Shown here one piece after another: positions 29,639 to 39,672 of a DNA stretch of 57,279 bases; position 1 is the first letter of the stretch; each line of letters opens with the position of its first letter. Both the position numbers and the translations under genes were made by a program. The stretch is from Betaproteobacteria bacterium (GTDB lineage: Bacteria > Pseudomonadota > Gammaproteobacteria > Burkholderiales > UBA3065). The stretch is from NCBI GenBank assembly GCA_009927815.1, contig RFMI01000139.1:1-57279 (forward strand), given 5' to 3'. The notes beneath the pieces were generated by a model, which saw nothing but the letters and a program-made list of their open reading frames with translations, was not told the origin of the DNA and made no database searches.

Positions 29639-30550
29639 ATGACGCTCAACGAATTGCGCTACGTGGTCGCCGTGGCCCGCGAACGCCATTTTCGGCGTGC
29701 CGCCGAGCGGTGCTTTGTCAGTCAGCCGGCGCTCTCCGCCGCCATCGGCAAACTCGAGGACGAGCTCGGCATCAAATTGTTTGAACGCAGCAAGTCGGAC
29801 GTCAGCATTACGCCGATCGGCGCACTGATCGTCGAGCAGGCGCAGCGCACCCTCGACGAAGCCGAGCGGATCCGCGAGATTGCTGGTGGCGGGCGAGACC
29901 AGCTGGTGGGTACGCTCAAGATCGGGGCCATCTTCACCGTCGGGCCCTATCTGTTCCCGTCGTTGATCCCGGCGGTCAAGGCCATCGCGCCGCAGATGCC
30001 CCTGCAAGTCGAGGAGAACCTGACCGGCAACCTCGCCGCGCAGTTGCGGGAGGGCAAGTTGGACGCTGTGCTGGTGGCAGAACCGTTCGCCGTGTCGGGG
30101 GTGGTCACCGAGGCCCTGTATGACGAAGACTTCGTGGGTGTGGTCGCGGCGGAGCACCCCTTGTCCCGCGAGGCACGCATTCGGCCCGAGCAACTCGCGG
30201 GCGACAAGATCCTGTTGCTGGGAGAGGGCCACTGCTTTTCGAACCAGGTCTCGGTGCTGTGCCCAGAGCTTGATCCCAGTGCCGAAGTTCAGCACGGCAA
30301 CTCGCTGGAGACGCTGCGCAATATGGTGGCTTCCGGTCTGGGCGTGACCCTGCTGCCGGCCAGTGCCGCCTGTGGTCCCTACGCCAATCCTTTGGTGCGC
30401 TGCATTCCGTTCGAGGCGCCGGCACCGTCGCGCCGCATCGTCCTGGCCTGGCGCAAGCGTACGGTGCGCGAGCAGGCCATCGCGGCAGTCGCCACCGCCG
30501 TGCGCCAGGTTGCCGCACCGTGGATGCGGGTGATCCCGCCGTCCGTATAA
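29639..30550 (+). CDS. oxyR: Hydrogen peroxide-inducible LysR-family regulator OxyR
   Basis: 303-aa ORF with the N-terminal HTH MTLNELRYVVAVARERHFRRAAERCFVSQPALS. The GEGHCF...VLC motif corresponds to the redox Cys199/Cys208 pair. Confidence 0.88.
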   Translation: MTLNELRYVVAVARERHFRRAAERCFVSQPALSAAIGKLEDELGIKLFERSKSDVSITPIGALIVEQAQRTLDEAERIREIAGGGRDQLVGTLKIGAIFTVGPYLFPSLIPAVKAIAPQMPLQVEENLTGNLAAQLREGKLDAVLVAEPFAVSGVVTEALYDEDFVGVVAAEHPLSREARIRPEQLAGDKILLLGEGHCFSNQVSVLCPELDPSAEVQHGNSLETLRNMVASGLGVTLLPASAACGPYANPLVRCIPFEAPAPSRRIVLAWRKRTVREQAIAAVATAVRQVAAPWMRVIPPSV

Positions 30551-30583
30551 TCCGCCGCTCTTCCGCGCGACGCGACACCGCCC

Positions 30584-32155
30584 ATGCCCTTCGAATCCGA
30601 GATCGCCCGTCGGCGTACTTTCGCCATCATCAGTCACCCGGACGCGGGCAAGACCACGCTCACTGAAAAGCTGCTCTGGTTTGGCGGCGCCATCCAGGTC
30701 GCCGGTGAAGTGCGCGCGCGCAAGGCCGCCCGCCATGCGACCTCCGACTGGATGGAGCTGGAGAAGCAGCGCGGCATCTCGGTGACCAGCTCGGTGATGC
30801 AGTTCCCCTACCGCGACGCCATCGTCAATCTGCTCGATACGCCGGGCCACCAGGACTTCTCCGAGGACACTTACCGCACGCTCACGGCCGTGGACTCGGC
30901 GGTGATGGTGATCGACTCGGTCAATGGCGTTGAGGCACAGACCATCAAACTGCTCGAGGTCTGCCGCCTGCGCGACACGCCCATCCTCACCTTCATCAAC
31001 AAGCTCGACCGCGAGGGCCGCGAGCCGATCGACCTGCTGGACGAGATCGAAAAGACCCTGGACATGCCCTGCGCGCCGATGACCTGGCCGATCGGCATGG
31101 GCAAGCGCTTCCGTGGCGTGTACCACCTCTACGACGACCGCATCTTCTTCTTCGACCCGCACGCCGAGAAGGGCACCTCGGAGGTCATCGAGGGCTTGGC
31201 TAACCCGCGGTTGGACGAGCTTATCGGCACGCAGGCGCAGGAGCTGCGCGACGAAATCGAGTTGGTGCGCGGCGCCTCGCACGCCTTCGAGAAGGACGCC
31301 TACCTCGCCGGCCAGCAGACGCCGGTGTTCTTTGGCAGCGCGGTCAACAACTTCGGCGTGCAAAGCCTGCTCGACGCCGTGGTCGACCTCTCGCCGCCAC
31401 CTCAGTCGCGGCCCACCAGCGCCCGTGAGGTGAATCCGGCCGAGAAGCCCTTCACCGGCTTCGTGTTCAAGATTCAGGCCAATATGGACCCGCGCCACCG
31501 CGACCGCATCGCTTTCGTGCGGGTGTGTTCCGGCCGCTTCGAGCGCGGCATGAAGCTCAAACAAGTCGGCAGTGACAAGCTGCTGGCGGTCAACAACGCC
31601 ATCACCTTTATGGCGCAAGACCGCAACACGACCGATGAGGCCTTCCCCGGCGACATCATCGGCATCCCCAATCACGGCACCATCAAGTTGGGCGACACCT
31701 TCAGCGAGGGCGAGGGCTTCCGCTTCACTGGGATCCCGAGTTTCGCGCCGGAGCTGTTCCGCCGCGCGCAGATTCGCAATCCGCTCAAGCTCAAGCAGCT
31801 GCACAAGGGCTTGCAACAGCTGGCGGAGGAGGGCGCGACCCAGCTATTCCGGCCGATCGCCAGCAACGACCTCATTCTCGGCGCGGTGGGCACGCTGCAG
31901 TTCGACGTCGTGGCGCATCGGCTCGAGCACGAATATGCGGTGGAATCGGTGTTTGAGGGCTGCACCTGGGCCACGGCGCGCTGGTTGCGCGGGCCGGACG
32001 CCGACATCAAGCAGCTGGTCGATAAGTCGCCGCAAAATATTGCACTGGATGGTGCCGGCGATTACGTCTACCTCGCACCCAATCGCGTCAACTTACAGAT
32101 GGCGCAGGAGAAGTTTCCCGGCATCACCTTCGCGGCGACGCGCGAGATCGCCTAG
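30584..32155 (+). CDS. prfC: Peptide chain release factor 3
   Basis: 523-aa ORF with [22 protein letters not shown] and DTPGHQDF GTPase motifs. The length is typical of RF3. Confidence 0.96.
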   Translation: MPFESEIARRRTFAIISHPDAGKTTLTEKLLWFGGAIQVAGEVRARKAARHATSDWMELEKQRGISVTSSVMQFPYRDAIVNLLDTPGHQDFSEDTYRTLTAVDSAVMVIDSVNGVEAQTIKLLEVCRLRDTPILTFINKLDREGREPIDLLDEIEKTLDMPCAPMTWPIGMGKRFRGVYHLYDDRIFFFDPHAEKGTSEVIEGLANPRLDELIGTQAQELRDEIELVRGASHAFEKDAYLAGQQTPVFFGSAVNNFGVQSLLDAVVDLSPPPQSRPTSAREVNPAEKPFTGFVFKIQANMDPRHRDRIAFVRVCSGRFERGMKLKQVGSDKLLAVNNAITFMAQDRNTTDEAFPGDIIGIPNHGTIKLGDTFSEGEGFRFTGIPSFAPELFRRAQIRNPLKLKQLHKGLQQLAEEGATQLFRPIASNDLILGAVGTLQFDVVAHRLEHEYAVESVFEGCTWATARWLRGPDADIKQLVDKSPQNIALDGAGDYVYLAPNRVNLQMAQEKFPGITFAATREIA

Positions 32156-32158
32156 CGC

Positions 32159-33283
32159 TCAGAACAGCTCGATGCGCTCGCCGTGCAGCACGCCAATGTC
32201 GTTGCTGCCGGTCAGAGCGGCGCTGTGGTCGATGTGTTGGTGGACCATCACGTATTCCTTCTGCAGACGCGCCAGACGCATGGCGAAGGAGTCGCGATTC
32301 TCGGACGATTCGGGTGTTAAGCCGTCGGTTAGCTGCTGGCGCCAGGCTTCGATGTGCGCGGTGAGCTCGTCGAGTCCCTTGCCGATGGTCTCGAGCTGCT
32401 GGCGGGTGATGTCCTGGAACTGCATCTCACCCAGCGCGTCCGCGATGTCAGCGGACATCTCGTCGTTGCGAGTGCGCAGCAGGACGCCGAGCCCGTTAAG
32501 AAAGCCCAGAACGTCGTCCAACTCGCTGGCCAGCTTGTCCATATTCTCGACCGTCTCGTCAACGTTCAGCAGATCGCTCAGATGCTCGATGTCATCGGCC
32601 ATGTGCTTGATGTCGCTGCGAATCTGTGTGCTGAATCCGGCGATTCCGTCATTGACCCGCTGAGCGGCGGTCTCGGTCTCTAGCGCGAGTTTGCGCACCT
32701 CGTCGGCGACCACACTAAAGCTGCGACCGGCGTCTCCGGCCCGGGCCGCTTCAATCGCCGCGTTGAGCGCCAGCAGGTTGGTCTGCTTGGCGATGTTGCT
32801 AATCATCTGGATCAGCGGTGACAGCTCGCTCACGCCTTGCAGGAACTTGTCGATGCGGACCCGTTCGCGCTCGGCGCTCGCACCGGCGGCCGACTGGTAG
32901 CGGCGCAGATTTTCGAGTGTGTTACGGCTCTGGGCGATGTGGGTGTTGGCGCGTTCTGAGAATGCGATGGAATGCTGGTGGGTCTCGTCCACTTGTTGCG
33001 TCAGGGAGCGGTTGTGCTGATACAAGGCGTCGAGCCGCTGCATCAGGTTCATCGACGCTTCCTCGGTATTGCTGCTGATGGTGCTGATGTGACGCCGCAA
33101 GACAGCGTCGAACAGGCCGAACTCGGCCATGTCGCCAGCCAGCAGCGCGCTGACGTCGGGGGCTTGCGCTGGTGGTGCAATGGCCTCGGCGCGGCGAACG
33201 CGCTGGGCTTTGGCCATCCAACCCGCGGCAAAGCCGACGAGGACCGCCAGAGCTGCGACGATCACCAGGGTCGCCGTCATCAC
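32159..33283 (-). CDS. Methyl-accepting chemotaxis protein: single N-terminal TM anchor, no recognisable sensor domain
   Basis: 374-aa ORF with one hydrophobic helix ([21 protein letters not shown]), the MCP tip motif [37 protein letters not shown], and a C-terminal MQFQDITRQ motif. It is the last gene of the che operon and overlaps the cheY stop. Confidence 0.88.
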   Translation of the reverse strand: MMTATLVIVAALAVLVGFAAGWMAKAQRVRRAEAIAPPAQAPDVSALLAGDMAEFGLFDAVLRRHISTISSNTEEASMNLMQRLDALYQHNRSLTQQVDETHQHSIAFSERANTHIAQSRNTLENLRRYQSAAGASAERERVRIDKFLQGVSELSPLIQMISNIAKQTNLLALNAAIEAARAGDAGRSFSVVADEVRKLALETETAAQRVNDGIAGFSTQIRSDIKHMADDIEHLSDLLNVDETVENMDKLASELDDVLGFLNGLGVLLRTRNDEMSADIADALGEMQFQDITRQQLETIGKGLDELTAHIEAWRQQLTDGLTPESSENRDSFAMRLARLQKEYVMVHQHIDHSAALTGSNDIGVLHGERIELF

Positions 33284-33645
33284 GCCCCCGGCACCACCTG
33301 TTTGATCACCTTGATCAGGTCCTGCCCCCCAACCGGCTTGACCAGCCAGCCGGTCGCGCCGCTCTGCTTGGCTTCGTCGCGTTTGCCTTGCTGCGACTCG
33401 GTGGTCAGCGCCAGGATAGGCGTGAAGCGCAGGATCGTGCGAGCCTTTTTGATGAACTCGATGCCGTTCATGTTCGGCATATTGATGTCGGTGATGATCA
33501 AGTCAGGCTTGAGCCCGGATTTGAGCTTGTCGAACGCGATCACTCCGTCGGTCGCGGTGTCGGTCTTGAATCCCGCCATGTCGAGGGTCTGTCGCAGGCT
33601 CATCAGCATGGTGGCCGAGTCATCCACCAGCAGCACGGTCTTCAT
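33280..33645 (-). CDS. cheY: CheY-like single-domain response regulator
   Basis: 121-aa receiver with LLVDDS, the phospho-acceptor context LIITDINMP, and a conserved K in WLVKP. Confidence 0.9.
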   Translation of the reverse strand: MKTVLLVDDSATMLMSLRQTLDMAGFKTDTATDGVIAFDKLKSGLKPDLIITDINMPNMNGIEFIKKARTILRFTPILALTTESQQGKRDEAKQSGATGWLVKPVGGQDLIKVIKQVVPGA

Positions 33646-33652
33646 TGCAGGC

Positions 33653-33898
33653 TCACTCCTCGCGTTTGGATTGAACGGCGGCGAGGGTCTCGAGCAAGAA
33701 CCCTGGCGGCGGGACGGCGGATAGCCGCGGTCTGCAAGCCATCAGAACTTGCAACACCGCGGCGTGCAGGTGCTCGCAGGCTTGGAGGTCGGCACTGCCT
33801 TCGGGGTTTTGCATCATCCACGACAACAGGCCTTCGGCCTCGTCGACACTGCAGACGCCGCTGAACACGGCGGTGTCTTCACCAAACTCGATCGGCAT
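33653..33898 (-). CDS. Small STAS-like / anti-sigma-antagonist-like protein (81 aa) in the che operon
   Basis: An 81-aa ORF whose ATG overlaps the cheA stop (ATGA at 33896-33900), so it is translationally coupled. The STAS assignment rests on size, context and weak resemblance, and is tentative. Confidence 0.45.
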   Translation of the reverse strand: MPIEFGEDTAVFSGVCSVDEAEGLLSWMMQNPEGSADLQACEHLHAAVLQVLMACRPRLSAVPPPGFLLETLAAVQSKREE

Positions 33899-36621
33899 CA
33901 GAGCAGCTCCTTGAGATTGAGGACCATCAGCACCGAGCCATCGCCGAGTAAGGCGGTGCCGGCGTAGCCTCCCAATTCGCCGAGCACGCCCTCGAGCGGC
34001 TTGAGGATCAGGTCGAGGGTGGCGTCGAAGTCGTCAACGATCACGCCCACGTCCTGATCGCCGAGGCGAATCACCAGAACGGCCACCTCGCCGGCCTCGT
34101 TGGCGACCGGCTGCGCGGGGATGCGCAACAGATCGTTGAGCGCATACAGTGGCACGATGCGGCCGCGCAGCACGGTGGTGCGCTGCTGTTTGATCTGGTG
34201 GATGGCCTCGGCGGGGACCCGCACCGTCTCGACCACCATGTCCATCTGCACGCCGAACATCTGTTCCGCCGAGCGGATGATCATGACGTTGGTGACCGCC
34301 ATCGACAGTGGCAACGCGATGCGGATGCGCGTTCCGCGTCCCAGTTCGCTGCTGAGTTGCACCTGACCTTGGGCCCGCTCGATGGCGCTGCGCACCACGT
34401 CCATGCCAACGCCACGTCCCGATAGATCACTGATCTGCTCGGCGGTGGAGAGCCCGGCAGCGAATACCAGCTGCACCGCCTCGTGGTCGGTCATGGTGGC
34501 CGCGCGCGCTTCGTCGATCAGGCCGCGGTCGAGGGCCTTGGCCTTGATGCGTGCCGGGTCGATGCCACGACCGTCGTCGCCGATCTCGATGATGACGCGG
34601 TCGGCTTCCTGGAAGGCGGTGATGCGAATCAGGCCGATCTCGCGTTTGCCGGCGGCACGGCGCTCGTCGGGCGGCTCGAGGCCGTGGTCGAGACTATTGC
34701 GGACAATGTGGATGAGCGGGTCGGCCAGCGATTCGACGATGTTTTTGTCGGCCTCGGCGTCTTCACCCTCCATGTACAGCTCGACCTGTTTGCCAAGCTT
34801 GCGTGAGATGTCGCGCACCAGACGCGGGAATCGCTGGAAGATGCTGCCCACCGGCAGCATCCGCACTTGCATGATGGCGTCCTGCATCTCTTCCGCGATG
34901 CGGTTGATGACGCCGTACTGGGTTTTGATGTCGCGTGCGATCTCGCGCGGGTTGCTGCTGGTTTCGGCGCGGGCGGCCAAATAGGGTAGCGAGTTCTTGG
35001 CCACGACCATCTCGCCAATCAAGTCCATCAGCCGGTCGATCTTTTCCTGCGACACTTTGAGCACCTTGCTGGCGCCCGATTCGCTGGTGCCGGCCTCTGC
35101 CAGCAATTCGCTCCGCGCAAATCCCTCTGCCGCCAGCGGACGTAGAGCGGTGTCATCGGCAGAGGTCTTGGCCGCTGGCCCAGGCGTCTGCGCGCGCGGG
35201 TGTTCCGCCGTCGCGACTGGCACCGGCACCGGCGAGTGCACCGAGGCCGCAACGACCGCGGGCGGCGCGTCGCCAGTCCAGCCGTCGATGGCGCGCAGCA
35301 GACCCTCGATGTCAGCGCGCGCGGCGGTCTCGAGCACCGCGTTGGCGGCGTCGGGACGACCCTCGTAGCGGCAGATCGACGCCAGGACGCGGCCGACCGC
35401 CAACAAGCTGGTCTCAATCGGGTTGCTCTCGATGAGACGCCGCTGGCTTTGCAGCATCCGTTCGATCAGGTGCTGCTCTTCCTCTGACAGGCCGACCAGT
35501 CGACCTACAACCGCTTTTGACGGGCGCAGGGGCGTCGCCGGAGGGTCGACCAGGTCGCGCGGGGCTTGGGTGCCCTCGGCCATCTGGTTGAGTACGCGTG
35601 CCAAAGGGTCGCCACTGGCGGTCTTGAGTGACAGCTGCAGCGCTTCGTCGATGGCCTCGTGGCCGGTGCCGTGCGCGTTGGCCAAGCCCCGCAAGACCAT
35701 CGCGACGGAACGCCAGATGCCCTCGCTGCCTTCGCCTCGCGCTCGAGCCAGCACCTCGTACTGCGATCGTAGGATGCGCGCTGCGGCTGATTCGTCTTCT
35801 TCGCTGAGTCCGCGGTCGGCCAAGGTTGCGGCATCGCGGGCGGGTGTCCCGGTTGCCGGCGTTGCCAAGGGCTGTCCGGTGTTTGCCGCTACCGTGTCGA
35901 TCTCGACTTGATCGATGACGTAGCGAAAATGCTCCTGCAAAGCTTCGCGACTGGCCTCACACCAGCCCTCGATGGCGAGGTTGCAATCGTATGGGTCCAG
36001 CAAATCCAGTGCGGGCCAGGGTTGCACCGGTTCAACGGTGATCCGCTGCAGTCCGGGCGCTTGCAGAGCGTTGTAGAGCGGGTCTTCGCCTTTGAAAAAG
36101 CAGCCGCGTTCGGCGATGTAACGAAAGTGCATGCCACTGGTGGCGCCGGGCAGCGGCGCCTCGCCAGTTTCAGGCGGGTCTGCTGGCGCGAGGGCCGGCT
36201 CAGGGTCTGCCGCTATTGGGCTTTGCGACAGCGGACCGGCGCGCAGTGCGCGCAAAGTGACCGCGAGTTCGCGACCCGCCTCGCATAGGCGGGGGTCGAG
36301 TGCTTTGCCGGCGTCGATGTTGTCGAGCATCAGCGAGACGATGTCCATGCATTCCAGCAGGTGATCGGCGACCTCGGCGTCAAAGCCGCGAGTGCCGTCG
36401 CGCACCACATCGAGCAGGTCCTCGCCCGCGTGTACCAAGTGCGTGAACGCGCTGTATTCGGCGAACAGGCCGCTGTTGCCTTTGAGCGTGTGAACGGCGC
36501 GAAACAATTCGTCGATGGCCGCGCTGTCCCGCGGATCACGCTCCAGCGTCAGCAGGCCTTGGGCGATCGAATCGAGGAAGTCCCGCGATTCGATAACGAA
36601 CTGTTCGAGCAGCGGATTCAT
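33898..36621 (-). CDS. cheA: Chemotaxis histidine kinase CheA (907 aa; Hpt, long unassigned region, dimerisation, HATPase and CheW-like domains)
   Basis: The Hpt His lies in RAVHTLKGNSG (His44). The P3/P4 part has KVSQEKIDRLMDLIGEM, HIVRNSLDHG, DDGRGID and GRGVGMD. A C-terminal CheW-like domain is present. There is no fused receiver. Confidence 0.93.
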   Translation of the reverse strand: MNPLLEQFVIESRDFLDSIAQGLLTLERDPRDSAAIDELFRAVHTLKGNSGLFAEYSAFTHLVHAGEDLLDVVRDGTRGFDAEVADHLLECMDIVSLMLDNIDAGKALDPRLCEAGRELAVTLRALRAGPLSQSPIAADPEPALAPADPPETGEAPLPGATSGMHFRYIAERGCFFKGEDPLYNALQAPGLQRITVEPVQPWPALDLLDPYDCNLAIEGWCEASREALQEHFRYVIDQVEIDTVAANTGQPLATPATGTPARDAATLADRGLSEEDESAAARILRSQYEVLARARGEGSEGIWRSVAMVLRGLANAHGTGHEAIDEALQLSLKTASGDPLARVLNQMAEGTQAPRDLVDPPATPLRPSKAVVGRLVGLSEEEQHLIERMLQSQRRLIESNPIETSLLAVGRVLASICRYEGRPDAANAVLETAARADIEGLLRAIDGWTGDAPPAVVAASVHSPVPVPVATAEHPRAQTPGPAAKTSADDTALRPLAAEGFARSELLAEAGTSESGASKVLKVSQEKIDRLMDLIGEMVVAKNSLPYLAARAETSSNPREIARDIKTQYGVINRIAEEMQDAIMQVRMLPVGSIFQRFPRLVRDISRKLGKQVELYMEGEDAEADKNIVESLADPLIHIVRNSLDHGLEPPDERRAAGKREIGLIRITAFQEADRVIIEIGDDGRGIDPARIKAKALDRGLIDEARAATMTDHEAVQLVFAAGLSTAEQISDLSGRGVGMDVVRSAIERAQGQVQLSSELGRGTRIRIALPLSMAVTNVMIIRSAEQMFGVQMDMVVETVRVPAEAIHQIKQQRTTVLRGRIVPLYALNDLLRIPAQPVANEAGEVAVLVIRLGDQDVGVIVDDFDATLDLILKPLEGVLGELGGYAGTALLGDGSVLMVLNLKELL

Positions 36622-36622
36622 G

Positions 36623-36994
36623 TCAGGCGTGTTCCCCGAGCATCAAACGCACGCTGGTGGTCAGCTCGACTGGCCGTGCCGGCTTGATCAGGTAGAAGTT
36701 GGCGCCAGCGGCATACGCGCGGTCGGCGTCTTTGCTCTCCGATTCGGTGCTGACCATGATCGCCGGCGCTTGGGCCAGTTCAGTGCGTGAGCGCAGTTCG
36801 GCGATGAAGCGGTAGCCGTCCATTTTCGGCATGTTGATGTCGACGATGTAGAGGTCGTAAGGCGTCGACACCGCTTTTTCCAGGGCTTCAAGGCCGTTGA
36901 CCGCCTCATCCACCTCCAGCCCGCAATCCTCAAGGATCTTGCGGTGGTACATGCGCACTGTGGCGGCGTCGTCGATGATGAGAACGCGTTTCAT
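36623..36994 (-). CDS. cheY: CheY-like single-domain response regulator
   Basis: A 123-aa receiver starting at MKRVLIIDDAATVR, with DLYIVDINMPKMDG and YLIKP. Its start overlaps the cheR stop (ATGA). Confidence 0.9.
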   Translation of the reverse strand: MKRVLIIDDAATVRMYHRKILEDCGLEVDEAVNGLEALEKAVSTPYDLYIVDINMPKMDGYRFIAELRSRTELAQAPAIMVSTESESKDADRAYAAGANFYLIKPARPVELTTSVRLMLGEHA

Positions 36995-37857
36995 GCTGCT
37001 CCCCCCTGGAAGGCTTTTTGGTAAACGATCGCATCGTCGAACTTGCGGATGCGGAAAACACTGGAGATTCGGCTCATTGATTCGGAGTGGCCGAGGCAAA
37101 TGAATCCGCCCGGATTGAGGGCGTTGTAGAACACGTCGGCGGCCGCGCGACGCGAGGCGTCGTCGAAATAGATCAGCAGGTTGCGGCAGAAGATCAGGTC
37201 GAAGCGGTTGTAGGCGCGCGTGCTGAGAGTGTCGGACAGGTTGCACTGGGTGAATTCGACGGCTTGGCGCAAGTCGTCACTGATCTGCCAGTCGCCGGTG
37301 CGGGTCTTGCGGAAATACTTTTGCAGCAGCGTCGCGGGCAGGTTTTGTACCGAGCGTGCGCTGTAGATGCCTTGACGAGCCTGGTCGAGGATGCCGGTGT
37401 CGATATCCGATGAGATGATCTCGACGTCGAATTGGTGAATCCCCGGCCAGTGCTCAAGCAGGTAGATGCAGATCGAGTAGGGCTCTTCGCCCGACGAACT
37501 CGGGATCGACCAGATGCGGATGGGTTCGCGTCGCCCCTTGCGCTGAGCGAGTTCGGGCAGCAGGGCGTTGACCATGCATTTGAACTGGTATTCCTCGCGG
37601 AAAAAGTAGGTCTCGTTCACCGTCATCAGGTTGACGAGTTGCTGCAACTCATCACCGCGGGTGTCGAAGCGCAGATTTACGAAGTATTCGCGGAACGTTG
37701 CCACGCCGCTGGCAACCAGCCGCTCGACCAGCCGCTTGTCGACGAAGTAGCGTTTGCTCTCTTCGAAGTAGATGCCGGTCTTGCGGTAGAAGAACTCCCT
37801 GAACTTCAGAAAGTCCTCTTCGCTGATCGACGGTGCTGCTGCAGTCAATGTGTTCAC
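36991..37857 (-). CDS. cheR: Chemotaxis protein methyltransferase CheR
   Basis: The motifs NETYFFRE, IWSIPSSSGEEPYS and FCRNLLIYFD are present. GTG at 37857 gives a typical ~288 aa protein. The upstream ATG at 37968 would overlap the HEAT gene by about 100 nt. Confidence 0.9.
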   Translation of the reverse strand: MNTLTAAAPSISEEDFLKFREFFYRKTGIYFEESKRYFVDKRLVERLVASGVATFREYFVNLRFDTRGDELQQLVNLMTVNETYFFREEYQFKCMVNALLPELAQRKGRREPIRIWSIPSSSGEEPYSICIYLLEHWPGIHQFDVEIISSDIDTGILDQARQGIYSARSVQNLPATLLQKYFRKTRTGDWQISDDLRQAVEFTQCNLSDTLSTRAYNRFDLIFCRNLLIYFDDASRRAAADVFYNALNPGGFICLGHSESMSRISSVFRIRKFDDAIVYQKAFQGGAA

Positions 37858-37861
37858 GATG

Positions 37862-38476
37862 TCAGGCGGCGATCTTGTCAAGGGCGGCGGCCACCGCAAA
37901 TGTGATGAACGGCTCGTCGGCAAAGCGCACTTCCAGTCGCGCCAGCGGCACCCGGGCCCGGCTGTCACCCACTTCAGCCAGAAGGTCGACCGCGGTCGCG
38001 CAGACGTTGATGTGGGGGTCGGTCTCGATCACCGCGATCAGCCAGTCGACCACTTTGGGGTGCTTCAGCGATTCGAGAATGTTGACGGCGAAGATGCGCA
38101 CATCCGGATCGGGGTCGGCCAGCAGGGTCGGCATGTAGGGGGCAATGGCGTCTGGCTGCTCTTTGAGCAACTCGATGACGTCGTTGCGCAGACCGGCATC
38201 TTCGCTGCGCAGATAACCCATGACGCCCTGCACCACCTCGGGGCCGCCGGTGGTCGAGAGGCTGGACACGATCGCTTGGCGAACCGCGTAGTCCTCCTCG
38301 TCGGCCAATTGCGCCAACAGTTCGGCGATGGCGCCGCTGTCGCCTGCAAGCTCAATCGCTGCACTGCGCCGCGAGTCTGCATCGGGGCTGCTCAGTTGCA
38401 TGAACAAGACCGCTCGGCTGGGCCGGCCAGCCGGCTCCTCGATGACTTCAGGGGTGCTGCTGCGGACGAGTGCCAT
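37862..38476 (-). CDS. HEAT-repeat protein embedded in the che operon
   Basis: 204 aa from ATG 38476. Repeats of the type DPDPDVRIFAVNILESL, SEDAGLRNDVIELL and DEEDYAVRQAIVSSL are characteristic of HEAT/PBS-lyase-type repeats. Confidence 0.7.
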   Translation of the reverse strand: MALVRSSTPEVIEEPAGRPSRAVLFMQLSSPDADSRRSAAIELAGDSGAIAELLAQLADEEDYAVRQAIVSSLSTTGGPEVVQGVMGYLRSEDAGLRNDVIELLKEQPDAIAPYMPTLLADPDPDVRIFAVNILESLKHPKVVDWLIAVIETDPHINVCATAVDLLAEVGDSRARVPLARLEVRFADEPFITFAVAAALDKIAA

Positions 38477-38513
38477 CAGACGGTTCCTCTGCGAGACAGG
38501 CTGACACGGTACA

Positions 38514-39662
38514 TTAGTGAATAGCCCATTGGACGAGTTGTTCGGCGATTTCCTCGGCATCCAGAACCACGCCGGCGCCACCGCGTTTGATCAATTCCCC
38601 GGGCATGCCGAACACCACCGAAGAGCGTTCGGATTCGGCGATGGTGCGACCGCCGCGGCGATGGACCTCGACCATTGCGTCGGCACCGTCGTCGCCCATC
38701 CCGGTCAGCATCACGGTGATCAGACTGTTGGGCTGACAGTAGAGCAGCGCGCTCTCGACCATAGCCTGAACCGACGGGTGCCAGTTGTAGCGGCGGTCGG
38801 CGGGCTTGACGATGCCGTACAGCTTGCCGCCGCGATCACTGATCAGCAGGTCGGCTCCGCCTTGCGCGATGTAGATGGTCCCGACCTCAAGCGGCGTCGG
38901 TTGACTGATTTCGCGCACGTTCATCGCGCATTGACCGTCCAGACGGTTGGCGAAGGACGCGGTAAAGGCCATTGGCATGTGCTGAGCCACGACCACAGGC
39001 CACGGGAAATACACTGGCAGACGGGGCAAGATCGACTCGAGCGTACGCGGCCCGCCAGTCGATACGCCCACCAGCACGAGACCGTGTGATCGCGTTGCGG
39101 CAGCGGAGGCCGCGACCAGTCGCTGTGTTGTTGTAACCGTGGGGACTTTGCTTGCGGGTCGCCGGTCCGCTGGACGGACGCGGCTCTGTGTGGCTGGACT
39201 GCTTGTCCTCGCGTCGCCGTCGGCGCTGACTGGACTGGACCCCGAGCGCTCCGGCCGACCCGTCCGCGGGCGCACCTGCGCGGCCGTCCGCAGCTTCGTC
39301 AGCAAGTCTTCACGCACTTGGTTGATCGACAGCGAGATGGTGCCGTCCGGCTTGGCGACGTAATCCACGGCACCGAGGGCCATCGCTTCGAGTGTGGCGA
39401 GGGCGCCCTTTTCGGTCAGCGAGCTCACCATAATCACGGGCGTCGGACGTCGCGTCATGATGTGCGACAGGGCCGTCAGGCCGTCCATCTCCGGCATATT
39501 GATATCGAGCGTGATGACGTCCGGTCCGAACCGTTCGAGCTGCTCGAGCGCCTCTCGCCCGTTGCGTGCCGTCTCGATCTCGAAATCGGATTCGTCCGCC
39601 AGCATCGAGACCAGCTGTTTGCGCATTAGCGCGGAGTCATCGACGATCAGGACCCGGGGCAT
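38514..39662 (-). CDS. cheB: Protein-glutamate methylesterase CheB (receiver plus methylesterase)
   Basis: MPRVLIVDDSALMR and VITLDINMPEMDG form the receiver. A Pro/Ser/Arg-rich linker follows. The catalytic domain has GVSTGGP, AQHMP and GMGDDGA. Confidence 0.93.
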   Translation of the reverse strand: MPRVLIVDDSALMRKQLVSMLADESDFEIETARNGREALEQLERFGPDVITLDINMPEMDGLTALSHIMTRRPTPVIMVSSLTEKGALATLEAMALGAVDYVAKPDGTISLSINQVREDLLTKLRTAAQVRPRTGRPERSGSSPVSADGDARTSSPATQSRVRPADRRPASKVPTVTTTQRLVAASAAATRSHGLVLVGVSTGGPRTLESILPRLPVYFPWPVVVAQHMPMAFTASFANRLDGQCAMNVREISQPTPLEVGTIYIAQGGADLLISDRGGKLYGIVKPADRRYNWHPSVQAMVESALLYCQPNSLITVMLTGMGDDGADAMVEVHRRGGRTIAESERSSVVFGMPGELIKRGGAGVVLDAEEIAEQLVQWAIH

Positions 39663-39672
39663 GGGGAGGGTC

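Noticed and set aside
29627-31816. 729-aa ORF on the minus strand spanning oxyR and prfC. Similar long ORFs occur at 15078-16800, 18234-19574, 5984-7063, 8454-9638, 45290-46534, 53595-55472, 21792-23114 and 25126-26154.
   Set aside because: All lie antisense to, or out of frame with, genes that have clear conserved motifs. Their translations are Arg/Ala/Gly/His-rich low-complexity sequence. Stop-free shadow frames like these are expected in GC-rich DNA.
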